Positions 40,423 to 49,940 of a stretch of DNA of 64,000 bases are shown one piece after another. How positions within the stretch are numbered: position 1 is the stretch's first letter; each line of letters begins with the position of its first letter. The translations under genes were made by a program, and so were the position numbers. The notes under the pieces were generated by a model. That model ran no database searches. It was given only the letters and a program-made list of their open reading frames with translations, and had not been told where the DNA came from. Source of the DNA: Bdellovibrionota bacterium (lineage in GTDB: Bacteria > Bdellovibrionota_G > JALEGL01 > DATDPG01); the NCBI GenBank assembly GCA_963668355.1, contig OY764265.1, positions 1,376,001 through 1,440,000 of the forward strand. Direction: 5' to 3'.

Positions 40423-42591
40423 CTACTCCCAGTTCAATGTACCCAGGTCTATGGATCGCGCGTTATAGATGGCATTCTCTGTGACAGTGAGGGGAAGACT
40501 CTGCGATTTCCCTTCTTGGTTTCGAACGACATATTTACCCGAAAACGCCACATTTCCTCTCTTCATTTGCGCATAAGGAACCGTCCAAGATATGAGTCCC
40601 TCTTCATTGGCATGAGCCGTTTGAGAAAATGTAAACGACTCATTGGGGGCAAAAATTTTCCCCTCAAGGGTTAAAGATGGCTCATTTGTTAAGCTATACA
40701 AGCGGGCTCCGGGCACCCGTTCAAACAATTTTAGGGCAGATGTCGTTTGATCGTCCGGATTGGCAAAAGGACTGACATAAAGAAGGCGCCAATCGGTGGG
40801 AAAAACACCCTCTTCATTTTTTCCATTCCGAACAAAAAACCGCAAAGTCTGAAGTTTTAGGGTTTTTGGAGAGGCTTGAAGAAAGGTTCCGCCTTGATCA
40901 TTCGTTTTCGAAGCAAAGTAAGAATCCAAATCGCGCCCCAAAAAATCGAGCCATTTTCGAATGCGCCGATTTGGACCTTCTACGACCAAGTAGTTCACGG
41001 GATATTTTTCCATGTACGCTTGAAAATCTTTTTCCGACTCGGAGCAAAACATTTGCAAGGTTTCAAACGATTCCAAAGACTGAAAAGGATGAGAAACGAC
41101 AGGAACGTGGCCATAGTACAGTAGCCAATGTCCAAAATCCCAATGGCCGGAAACCGCTCGTTGATCTACTGGCCGAGGGTGAAGTTTGTTTTCCGATCGC
41201 AAAAAAGTCCCGAGCTGTCGAATGGGTCGGTAAAGAGGGTGCGTGTTTTCGCGATGTGTCCATCCCAGCTCAGGTCTGGCGGGCAAAATGATCAAGAAAA
41301 GAAGAAGGAAGGTCCCGAGGATTTGCCACTTCCGGCTGGACACCTTTTTTTGAATCAGATGATGAATGATCCATGCAGAAAGAATGGCCACCAAAGGCAT
41401 GGCCAGTCCGACAAATCGAGCCTGAAGTAGGGCGAGTACCATGGGTCCCAAAGCAAAGCCACCAATCCACCAGCTCGAACGTTTCAAGCCAATTTGAAGC
41501 AATCCAATCCACGCAATGAAAAGAGGCCCCAAACCCAAGGGAAGCCAGGTGGCCGGGTGTAAACGGAGGGGGCTAATGGCTTCATTGGTGATGGAGAGAA
41601 GCCCTTGAGATCCAGTTACCGTATGGAACATTTGGGAGGGGATTGATACGAGCGTCCCAAAGCCGCCGTGAAAGAACACCCACCCAAGCAAAGCCAGGAG
41701 ATACATCAACGAAAGCGCAAACCATGATGTGGAGCGTGAGTGGCGTTTAACGGCATTCCAGAAATGGAAAGAAGCAGACGCGGCCCCAAAAAACAGTGGA
41801 GTCCACCAGGAAAAACCAAAAGGCGAAACCAAGCCGTTTGTGAATCGATCCGTCAGTGCCAGTAAGATTAGATTGAGAATCGAGGAAAAGAGAAACAGCC
41901 TTCCCAAAGACTTTGGTTTTACGTTAGATGAATCTAAAAGAGCTGAAAGGGCCAGAAACAAACCCAAAACCCATGCCTGCGGCCAGAAAGCTGGAGCCAG
42001 GCCCAGAACCAAGGCCAGAGAAAGAAAAGCTCCTTTTCGCCCTTTTCGAAAAAGCAAAAGAAGCCAAAAAACCAAAATAACACAGAGTGCTTCTAAAAAA
42101 TGATGGTCTAGCCGTCCAATGGAAGATTTGTAAATGGCGGAAGGAGAAAGCGTAAAAAGCAAAGCCGATGCGAAAGCCACCGTTGAGCCAAACAAAAGAT
42201 AAGCAGAGGCTCCAACAAGTATCAACCCTGGGAAGGCGAGAAGGGGAATTAAGATCGCAGAGTAAGCTTCAATGGTTTGCGTGTCGGTCACGCCAAATAG
42301 CTTTAAAGGGGTGGCTACAAGCAGATCCAAGCCCAAAGGCCAAGGGACATCAAAACCGTTCGGGAAAGAGAGCATCTCATCATGTAACGGGTAGGTGAGA
42401 TCCGATTTCACCATTTGTTCAATGCGATGGAGGCGGTAGTATGGGTCCGTATCGTTGAATGCGATGCCATGACTGGTAAACACACCGGGAGCGTTTTGAA
42501 ATCGAAGCCCTAAAAAGAGAATGCCCAGAGCGAACCAAATGTACTTCCTCCACACGCCACCGATCTTAACCTTCCGAAAGAGGATCACCAA
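40423..42591 (-). CDS. STT3/AglB-like oligosaccharyltransferase (start possibly GTG 42555)
   Basis: DTDPYYRLHR, FP.G..VPWP, GRLDHH, ITNEA, many TM helices, HWDFGHW (WWDxG variant), C-terminal LKLFERVPGA. Confidence 0.85.
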   Translation of the reverse strand: MVILFRKVKIGGVWRKYIWFALGILFLGLRFQNAPGVFTSHGIAFNDTDPYYRLHRIEQMVKSDLTYPLHDEMLSFPNGFDVPWPLGLDLLVATPLKLFGVTDTQTIEAYSAILIPLLAFPGLILVGASAYLLFGSTVAFASALLFTLSPSAIYKSSIGRLDHHFLEALCVILVFWLLLLFRKGRKGAFLSLALVLGLAPAFWPQAWVLGLFLALSALLDSSNVKPKSLGRLFLFSSILNLILLALTDRFTNGLVSPFGFSWWTPLFFGAASASFHFWNAVKRHSRSTSWFALSLMYLLALLGWVFFHGGFGTLVSIPSQMFHTVTGSQGLLSITNEAISPLRLHPATWLPLGLGPLFIAWIGLLQIGLKRSSWWIGGFALGPMVLALLQARFVGLAMPLVAILSAWIIHHLIQKKVSSRKWQILGTFLLLFLIILPARPELGWTHRENTHPLYRPIRQLGTFLRSENKLHPRPVDQRAVSGHWDFGHWLLYYGHVPVVSHPFQSLESFETLQMFCSESEKDFQAYMEKYPVNYLVVEGPNRRIRKWLDFLGRDLDSYFASKTNDQGGTFLQASPKTLKLQTLRFFVRNGKNEEGVFPTDWRLLYVSPFANPDDQTTSALKLFERVPGARLYSLTNEPSLTLEGKIFAPNESFTFSQTAHANEEGLISWTVPYAQMKRGNVAFSGKYVVRNQEGKSQSLPLTVTENAIYNARSIDLGTLNWE

Positions 42592-42593
42592 CT

Positions 42594-43736
42594 ATGCTTA
42601 GAACCTCAAGCAGAATCCCCTCTAGCCTGGAAAGCAACGCGATTACAACGGCCTTTCAGCTGAAAAAGTCTAGAAGAGAAAAAATCATCGATTTGACCGA
42701 GTCCAATCCAACTCAAGTGGGTTTTCGATACCCAGAACGCGAAATATCCAGCATTTTTGGAAAGGCTGAGACCTTTTTGTACGAACCCGAGCCGAGAGGG
42801 CTGCTGAGCACGCGCTCTTTCATCGCAAAGAATTGTTCGCCGCTTATAGGACCGGAAAATGTGTGGATGACCTCGAGTAGCAGCGAATCTTATTCATTTT
42901 TGTTCAAGTTACTATGTGACCCTGGTGATGAGGTGCTTGTGCCGACTCCAAGTTATCCCCTTTTCGAGGGATTGCTCAATATGGACGGGGTCAGGCCAAG
43001 GTTTTATTCACTGGAGCATGGGAAAGGCTGGTGGCTCAATCGTTCCCACATCGAAAGAGAAGTTTCTCAAAAGACAAGAGCCATCTTGATTGTGAATCCA
43101 AACAATCCAACAGGAAACTTCGTGTCAGAAAACGATCAAGAGTGGTTATTAGATTTTTGTCGAATAAAAAACATTCCTCTCATCGTGGACGAAGTGTTCT
43201 TTCAGTTTCCGGTGCAGGGAAAGGGCCGGTCTTTTTCAGAATTTCTTAAAGAAGATGTGTCGCTGTTCGTTCTCGGAGGTTTCTCGAAGCAATTTGCGCT
43301 GCCCCAAGTGAAACTGTCATGGATTCTTTCGAATATAGATGCCAGTGGGGCCGAACAGTTGGATTGGATTTCAGACCACTACTTAACCGTGCCTTCGCTT
43401 CAACAACATGCGTGTAAAAAATTATGGGGGGCGCTGTCCAGCGTACTCCCTCAAGTAAGGGAGAGGGTGAATCGAAACTATTCCCTTCTTTGCCGAGAGA
43501 TGGAGTCGAGTCAGGTAAAGGTGCTGGCCTGTGAAGGAGGATGGAATGCCGTTCTTTCGCTTCCCTCAAGTGTAAATGAAGAGGAAACGGTGTTGGGACT
43601 TTTGGAAAATAGGGGCGTGTTGGTGTATCCAGGATTCTATTTTGACCTGCCTTTTCAAAGTTCTTTGGTGATTAGCCTCTTGCTCGAAGAAGCGGACTTT
43701 CGGTCGGGAATCCAGGCATTGAGAGATTCTCTTTAA
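42594..43736 (+). CDS. PLP-dependent aminotransferase class I/II
   Basis: LCDPGDEVLVP.PSYP, NPNNPTG, VDEVF, GFSK. Confidence 0.88.
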   Translation: MLRTSSRIPSSLESNAITTAFQLKKSRREKIIDLTESNPTQVGFRYPEREISSIFGKAETFLYEPEPRGLLSTRSFIAKNCSPLIGPENVWMTSSSSESYSFLFKLLCDPGDEVLVPTPSYPLFEGLLNMDGVRPRFYSLEHGKGWWLNRSHIEREVSQKTRAILIVNPNNPTGNFVSENDQEWLLDFCRIKNIPLIVDEVFFQFPVQGKGRSFSEFLKEDVSLFVLGGFSKQFALPQVKLSWILSNIDASGAEQLDWISDHYLTVPSLQQHACKKLWGALSSVLPQVRERVNRNYSLLCREMESSQVKVLACEGGWNAVLSLPSSVNEEETVLGLLENRGVLVYPGFYFDLPFQSSLVISLLLEEADFRSGIQALRDSL

Positions 43737-44335
43737 TCGTCTTCGATTTCTTCCCAACCGGTGATCATGGCCTTGATGTTGGAGGTTGGCGTGCGCCCGG
43801 TCGTTGTGAGGTAAATGTGTCCAAACATGAAGGTCAATAAGAGGTACGCGGCAAAAACATGTATTTGCGCGACCCAGCCCAAATCCAACCAAGTTAAGCC
43901 GAGACTCGGCCAGTGATGGAAAAGTAGATAAAGAAGTCCGGTGGTTCCCAAAATGGGAAAAAGCAATAGTTTAAAAGATAAGTAGGCTAAGCGTTGCAGT
44001 GGATTGAGTTTGGATAAAAGCGTTTTTTTCACGGGGTGGGGTTCGTGACGAAAGATACCCAAAACATAGAATCGAATCATTGCGACCAGAAAAGAACGGG
44101 TGGGAATATATTGCTTCCACTCTCCGGTCGTAAAGTGCCAAAAAATCGCAAAAGCGACGAGTATCAAGAGGGCGAGTGCGAATGCAATATGGAGTTGCAC
44201 GGAGGTATGAAAATCAAACACTCGAAACCAAGAGAAACGCATATTGAATCCCGTCAAAGCCAACAAAAGAATCAATACTGCCTGACCCCAATGCCAAATG
44301 CGTTCAAATCGTTTGTAAATGAAGACTTTTTTCAT
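43733..44335 (-). CDS. Di-heme cytochrome b membrane subunit (Ni/Fe-hydrogenase/PhsC-type)
   Basis: FERIWHW, four TM helices with His ligands, NPLQRLAY, HIYLTTTG, AMITGW. Confidence 0.9.
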   Translation of the reverse strand: MKKVFIYKRFERIWHWGQAVLILLLALTGFNMRFSWFRVFDFHTSVQLHIAFALALLILVAFAIFWHFTTGEWKQYIPTRSFLVAMIRFYVLGIFRHEPHPVKKTLLSKLNPLQRLAYLSFKLLLFPILGTTGLLYLLFHHWPSLGLTWLDLGWVAQIHVFAAYLLLTFMFGHIYLTTTGRTPTSNIKAMITGWEEIEDD

Positions 44336-46182
44336 TGGTCCGTCCCCCGATGTTGACCTTGTTTTCGAGAGAAAAGACGGAGAAGCGCATGAATCGAGGC
44401 GGCCAGCAGTGTGCCGATCATCAGGAACAGACCGAATCCGTCGAGGAGATTTCCGGAGTCCCGGCCCAATAAGTAGAAACCTTGTAGATGAGCCAAACGT
44501 CCTTTCTTTGAGTGACAGCTTTCACAACTCAAGGCCTGTTCTTTGGGCGCGACCATATGAGACAGGGGCCAATGCATTTCGGTTTGAATGAAGGAAAAGG
44601 TTCCGCTGTAGGGCTGATTTGCCGCAGCCATTCCTTTCTTAATCGAAGTCTCCCAATCAAAATCGGCCCAGTAGGCCCCACTGCCCTTTTTTCCAAATAG
44701 CTTGGGAACAACCAAGGTTTGGTTTGCCGGATCGTAGGGTTGTTTTCCTCGATGGATCTTGAAAGGCCATATTCGTGCATTGGAATCTTCATAACTTCCA
44801 TTTAACGAATTGATTTGCACGACCGGTTGAGAAAAGTCCAAGCGATTGTATTGTCCCATGTATGGATCGTAATCATAGGGAAGAGATTCTGAGCCCGGTT
44901 TTTTCGTATCTAACACGTCGCCCAAAAAGATTTGATCGACTTTCCCATTGAACCATCTGTATTCGGGTGCAATGTTTTTCGCCCAAAGAAATTCACCTTT
45001 TTTCGACGAGTAGGTGATGACTTCCGTACCATCTTGGAGTCTTGATTTTTGTGTTATCGCATTTCCTTTCTCGTCCTTCTTTCCGGCCTTGGACCAGTCC
45101 CACCACATTTTGGTTGGACGCTCTCTCGCGAATGTTGGTACATGACAGGTTTGACAGGCGATTCGTGCCATGTGGCGGTTTAATAAAGAATCTTCATGGG
45201 GCTTGTCTGTATGGCAAGACTGACAGGCCAAAAAATTCCGTTCGCTATCTTTCTTTAAAATTTTAAATTTGGGATCTTCAACGCCGGGAATCGTAAAGCA
45301 ACGTCCGGAAATTTTATGCTGATGCGTGGTGTGACAGTCGACACATGAAAAGTTAAGTCCCTTTGAATTCATGTGAACATCAATGTCCTTGGTTGGGTTT
45401 TCGAGCGTGGCATCCATGTCTCCATGTTTGACGCCTTCACCGCCCCCACCCCAAAAATGACAGGCTCCGCAAGTTTGTCGAGACGGTTTGCCGATGTTTT
45501 GAGCAATATGGGCCAAATCAACGGGTTGCCAAACATTCCCAGAGTTTTTGGGCCATTCTTTCGAAATGTAGTTGGGATGCCCGGCATCAGTGGGAAATTT
45601 TCGATAGGTGCCAGTTGTGTCGTGGCAAACTAAGCAATCGACGTTCATTTCGCTGGAAAAGTCGAAGTCCTGGTCTTTCCATCCGTATCCCGCATGGCAG
45701 CTTGTGCAACGCGGCTCATTCGAAGCCAAGGCAATGCAGAAATTGTTTACAACGTGTTTTCCTTTCCCAATCTTTAGACTCTTGGGACAGAGCCACGTCC
45801 AGTGACTGGTTTTCATGACCTGTTTGGCGGCTTCGGTGTGACACGTTAAACAGGTCGCTGTGACTTCAGGCCCCGAACGAAAAGGGCCTTTTAAGATGGC
45901 AAAGCGACGATGGTCGGCGGTGGCTGTAATTTCTTTTTTTGGGAAGTGAACCTCATCTTTGGGAATCGAAATTTGAAGAGAGGGAGGCGCGTCATGGCAT
46001 TCCAGACAAGCTTGCTTGGTTTTTTCTCCTTCCTTGAAATGTTCGAGAAGAATCTTCTGTTTGGTCTGGTCCGAAATGAAACGTTGTCGATCAATTTTTT
46101 TCTTAGGTTGCCATGCCCCAAATGCGTTGAAACCCATCAGGAGGGTTACTATTATTAGAAAATTCGCATATTTGCGGGCCAT
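44332..46182 (-). CDS. Octaheme tetrathionate reductase (OTR)-family multiheme cytochrome c with an extra heme motif
   Basis: 9 CxxCH; HWTW..GK..NNFC....NEPRCTSCHAGYG, CHFWGGGGEGVKHGD, HMVAPKEQALSCESCH; C-terminal TM helix. Confidence 0.9.
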   Translation of the reverse strand: MARKYANFLIIVTLLMGFNAFGAWQPKKKIDRQRFISDQTKQKILLEHFKEGEKTKQACLECHDAPPSLQISIPKDEVHFPKKEITATADHRRFAILKGPFRSGPEVTATCLTCHTEAAKQVMKTSHWTWLCPKSLKIGKGKHVVNNFCIALASNEPRCTSCHAGYGWKDQDFDFSSEMNVDCLVCHDTTGTYRKFPTDAGHPNYISKEWPKNSGNVWQPVDLAHIAQNIGKPSRQTCGACHFWGGGGEGVKHGDMDATLENPTKDIDVHMNSKGLNFSCVDCHTTHQHKISGRCFTIPGVEDPKFKILKKDSERNFLACQSCHTDKPHEDSLLNRHMARIACQTCHVPTFARERPTKMWWDWSKAGKKDEKGNAITQKSRLQDGTEVITYSSKKGEFLWAKNIAPEYRWFNGKVDQIFLGDVLDTKKPGSESLPYDYDPYMGQYNRLDFSQPVVQINSLNGSYEDSNARIWPFKIHRGKQPYDPANQTLVVPKLFGKKGSGAYWADFDWETSIKKGMAAANQPYSGTFSFIQTEMHWPLSHMVAPKEQALSCESCHSKKGRLAHLQGFYLLGRDSGNLLDGFGLFLMIGTLLAASIHALLRLFSRKQGQHRGTDQ

Positions 46183-46192
46183 GGCTAAATAA

Positions 46193-47338
46193 TCATAACA
46201 AAGTGGGTGCAATTTTCCCGTTTCGCAAGGTCCCCATTTTAACCTCTCGATCATTCCGCCCAAAAGAGTTCCAGCGAATTCTTCCGGTGATGCCAGAAAA
46301 ATCCGGACCGTTTTGGAGAAGTTGAAGCAATTGCGTGTGTGTTGTGGGGTTTTTCAATAATGCCCGAGCCAAGAGATGTATCGTGTCATAGGTGGCCATG
46401 GAACGGGTATCTGCACGGAATCCATGCTTTTTGAAAAAGGCCTCTTCGAATGCTTTCTGCTTGGGTGTGAATTCTGTTAACAGAGGCACATAGAAATTTT
46501 GGTCCCACTCTTGGCTAGAGCGCAGAAAAGATTCCTCTAAAAAGCCCGGTCCTCCAAAAAAAGTTGCAGGACTTCCTTTCGTTTTCCAGCTTTTAAGAAA
46601 AGAAATGGCCTCCAAGGGTTTGGCCAGGATGACGAAATTGCGAATAGGTTGTTCCAAGACCTGTGCAGTAGTGGAATGGTTTGAATTTAAATGAAGATGA
46701 AGCGTGGGCGTCAGGTGCTGTTTTCGTAACTCCTTGAGAACTTCTTCGGTAAGAAAGCGAGAGTCGTGATCAAGCGATGAAAGGAGAATCATTTGCGTAC
46801 GTTTCTGTTTCACCAGTGTATGGACCAACGCTTTTGCGATTTGTCGATCTCCGGGAAGAACCGAAAGCGCCCAAGGGACATCGGCATTATTCACGGAATC
46901 ATCGGTGCTTCCAAAGTCCAATAGAGGGAGACGTGCTTTGGTGACAACCTGCTCGGCCAAGTGGGTCGCATGTCCGTTGACTGAGCCTAACCAAGCCCAG
47001 ATGTTGTGTTCATAGGTCATTCGAGCCATTTGAGAAACACCGGCTCCCCACGGATTTTCGGACCAAGCGGGAAGAAGAAGCAGGCGATTACCATTCAATT
47101 CCTTTTTTTGATTAATTTCCTCAATGGCCTGCTGAGCACATAACCACGGCCCTTGATCCTTTGAGGTGGAAGAGGGATTGGGGCCAAAAAAGCCAATGGG
47201 TATTTCTTGTTTAGCACTTAGGCGAAGAGGCGTGCTCGGCCCGTGATAGCTGGCCGGTTCAGATCGGTGTGGCTTATAGAATTCACCGAACGCAGAGAAT
47301 GGCAAACAAAGGCATAGAATCAGAGAAAAGGCTCTCAT
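46193..47338 (-). CDS. Periplasmic binding protein type 1 (LivJ-like)
   Basis: IGFFGP, AIEEIN, NPWGAG, HLAEQVVTK, YDTIHLL.A, FSGITG.IRW. Confidence 0.8.
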   Translation of the reverse strand: MRAFSLILCLCLPFSAFGEFYKPHRSEPASYHGPSTPLRLSAKQEIPIGFFGPNPSSTSKDQGPWLCAQQAIEEINQKKELNGNRLLLLPAWSENPWGAGVSQMARMTYEHNIWAWLGSVNGHATHLAEQVVTKARLPLLDFGSTDDSVNNADVPWALSVLPGDRQIAKALVHTLVKQKRTQMILLSSLDHDSRFLTEEVLKELRKQHLTPTLHLHLNSNHSTTAQVLEQPIRNFVILAKPLEAISFLKSWKTKGSPATFFGGPGFLEESFLRSSQEWDQNFYVPLLTEFTPKQKAFEEAFFKKHGFRADTRSMATYDTIHLLARALLKNPTTHTQLLQLLQNGPDFSGITGRIRWNSFGRNDREVKMGTLRNGKIAPTLL

Positions 47339-47340
47339 TT

Positions 47341-48735
47341 CTAGGAACGCGGAGGAATTTTCAAATCAGACCGAGAAAAATAATTCCATTCCCCTTGTTT
47401 GAATCGGGCTAAGAAGACCTCTCCGGCATCATCCAGTGCTGCACTAAAGGGGATCTCTCCGGTTATCCCGTCCCAAGGCTGGTTTCGATGTGCCAGGACA
47501 TCTCTAATTTTTGCTCGATTGAGTCCGGCTTGCTGAATTCCCCAAATGAGAAGATTCATGCCATCATAGCCATGGGCTGCGTAGGTATCGGGATGAATGC
47601 CAAAACGCTTTTCAAAAACCCGATAAAAACGTTTGAGCTTGGGATCGTTTCGGTTCGGATTCCAGGGGTATCCAGCGATCACGTCTTCCGCATTCTCTCC
47701 AGCAATTTTCACAAATTCAGGCGAAACGCTTCGATCACTCGTGAAGTAGGGTTGCTTCATTCCCATCTTCCGCATTTGATTTAGAACAAGTGCGCTTTCC
47801 GGAGCATCTCCCCAATGAACAATGGCGTCGAGATTGGATTCCTTGAGTCGCTTTAATTGTAGTGAGAAGTCTTCAATTCCAAGTTGATAAGCCATTTCTA
47901 TGATGACGGGATAGCCCAGACGTCTTGCGCTGTCCTTGATTTCTCTGACTCCAAATCGACCGTACCGATTGCTACTTCGAATGATTCCAATTCGCCGAAA
48001 CCCCTTTTTCCGGATCATATAATCCACAAGTAAATAACTCTGTTGTCGGTCGTCTCCAATGCAACGAAATACCCAGGGAATATTGGTTTCAATAAATGTG
48101 GGATCTGTGTCTCCGGAGTTCATCATGGGGATTTCCGCTTTCAAGGCCACACGGATGGCAATGTGACTATTGGCGCCATCAATTGTTCCCAGGATGGCCC
48201 AGGTATGGTCTTTATAAGCCAATTTCACAATTTCATTTCCAGAGGCACCCCAGAGTCCATTGTCATTGCTGATGACCAATTCAAAAGGAATCGCTCTTTT
48301 AACGTATCCCCCTTTTTGATTGGCCTCTTCAATGGCCAATTGAGCACCCTTTAACATCATTCTTCCCAAAGGCTCTTCGTGACTCTTTCCTCCGGTAGCT
48401 ACGGAAACGGTGGATTCAATGGGACCAATGAATCCGATTTTGACGGTCTTTACATTTTCTGGCTCTGGAATGGCTCTTCCGGGACCTGTGTACTCCATTT
48501 GTTCCAGAAAATGACGCTTGTAAGGCTCTTTGTTCCCAAAAGGTGCCACGTCGCCGGGAGTGCTGGCATATTTCGGATCTTTCTTTAGGGGAAGGTCCGG
48601 AACCTGGTAAGCGTTGACCTCATTGATGCGTTTGAGAACTTCACCCGTTGGAAGTTGTTTTTCTTCTTCCGTTGCGATGGCAAATGAGGACAGACAAATC
48701 CCAATAAGGAAAATTAAAAAAGGTGTCTTATTCAT
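47341..48735 (-). CDS. Periplasmic binding protein type 1 (LivJ-like)
   Basis: Start at MNKTPF (48735); KIGFIGP, GAQLAIEEAN, GLWGASG, YAAHGYDG, WDGITGEI. Confidence 0.85.
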   Translation of the reverse strand: MNKTPFLIFLIGICLSSFAIATEEEKQLPTGEVLKRINEVNAYQVPDLPLKKDPKYASTPGDVAPFGNKEPYKRHFLEQMEYTGPGRAIPEPENVKTVKIGFIGPIESTVSVATGGKSHEEPLGRMMLKGAQLAIEEANQKGGYVKRAIPFELVISNDNGLWGASGNEIVKLAYKDHTWAILGTIDGANSHIAIRVALKAEIPMMNSGDTDPTFIETNIPWVFRCIGDDRQQSYLLVDYMIRKKGFRRIGIIRSSNRYGRFGVREIKDSARRLGYPVIIEMAYQLGIEDFSLQLKRLKESNLDAIVHWGDAPESALVLNQMRKMGMKQPYFTSDRSVSPEFVKIAGENAEDVIAGYPWNPNRNDPKLKRFYRVFEKRFGIHPDTYAAHGYDGMNLLIWGIQQAGLNRAKIRDVLAHRNQPWDGITGEIPFSAALDDAGEVFLARFKQGEWNYFSRSDLKIPPRS

Positions 48736-49931
48736 TTCTTTCCTCCCTTTAGTCTCGGGAAATAGTCCGTACCTTTTCCGAACGCCAGGCCCTTGGAGGT
48801 TCCAACCCAAATATCCTTCCCATCCACTTCAGCCGCTAAGGCATAATTATGAGGAATGTTTATCCCCGTTTCGACCCTTCGAATCATTTTGCGATTTCGA
48901 TAAACTTCTGCCCAACCGGTTTTTTTTTGGGGATCTCGCGTATAAGTCACCCAAGTGTTGGAAGGAAAATCCACAATGGCTCCAACACCTTTGTCGGTGC
49001 AATACCAGGCTTCATTGGCATTTCGTCCTTCCACAAAATTGATGAAGTCGCTCGGAATTCCCGAGTCTTTGTTGAAAAAACCTCGCCAATTTCTGCCGTC
49101 ATAGCGAGATCCTCCGAAATATGAGGAGGCCCAAAGAATGTGATCAATATAACTAACACCGGTGGTGATGACATGGACGATCCCGTCATCCCGATAAAGA
49201 TCGATTTCCATTTCCCCGTCGGGGTCCAAGTAGTCTTTCCACCGGTCCTCGGCAACATCATATTCCAAAATGCCACTTCCCCAGACGCCAAAAAAGACCT
49301 TGCCATCTGCGTAGGATACGCCGTAATTCCAAATTTCTTCCATGGGTGCATTCTTTTCCGTAAAAATGCTCCACTCTCCTGAAACCATGTTGAAACGACT
49401 GGATCCTGCGGTCGTGGCGGCCCAAATGTTTTCGTTTTCGATGGCAACCCCATAGACAACATCATTCACCAAACCACTGTTCATTTGATGCCAATGATCG
49501 AAGCGAGGGTTCTTGCTTTTGTATCCACTGAGTCGAGCCAGTCCTCCGCCAAAGAGACCCAGCCAGACATCGCCCGTCTTTTTGTCAATGTCGATGGAAG
49601 AGACCACTCTCCAAGGAAGGCGTTCTTTTTCCGTCCAGGTTCGTTCGACCTTCATCGTATTCTTATTGATTAAGGCCAAACCGTTTTCCGTTCCTACCCA
49701 AACACGGGGTCCGTCGACTTTCACAGCGAAGATGTGGTCGTTCGGAAGGCCATCTTTTACGGTAAACTGCTGCCAGTCGGTGTAGATGAAGGGCATTCCT
49801 TCCTCCACGCTTAAAGATGCAGATGTGGAAGACTTTTTGGGAGGGGGAGTTTTGCTCATGGGTAGGTTGGATTTCCCACAGGAAAACAACATCGTTGAGC
49901 AAAGAACAACAATCCATTGCCGACTTTTCAT
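48732..49931 (-). CDS. Lipoprotein with regulator-type (Reg_prop-like) beta-propeller
   Basis: Lipobox LFSC; repeated DGLPND..VWVGTENGL, SGLVNDVV, IWVGTSKGL. Confidence 0.8.
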   Translation of the reverse strand: MKSRQWIVVLCSTMLFSCGKSNLPMSKTPPPKKSSTSASLSVEEGMPFIYTDWQQFTVKDGLPNDHIFAVKVDGPRVWVGTENGLALINKNTMKVERTWTEKERLPWRVVSSIDIDKKTGDVWLGLFGGGLARLSGYKSKNPRFDHWHQMNSGLVNDVVYGVAIENENIWAATTAGSSRFNMVSGEWSIFTEKNAPMEEIWNYGVSYADGKVFFGVWGSGILEYDVAEDRWKDYLDPDGEMEIDLYRDDGIVHVITTGVSYIDHILWASSYFGGSRYDGRNWRGFFNKDSGIPSDFINFVEGRNANEAWYCTDKGVGAIVDFPSNTWVTYTRDPQKKTGWAEVYRNRKMIRRVETGINIPHNYALAAEVDGKDIWVGTSKGLAFGKGTDYFPRLKGGKK

Positions 49932-49940
49932 TTCATCTCC

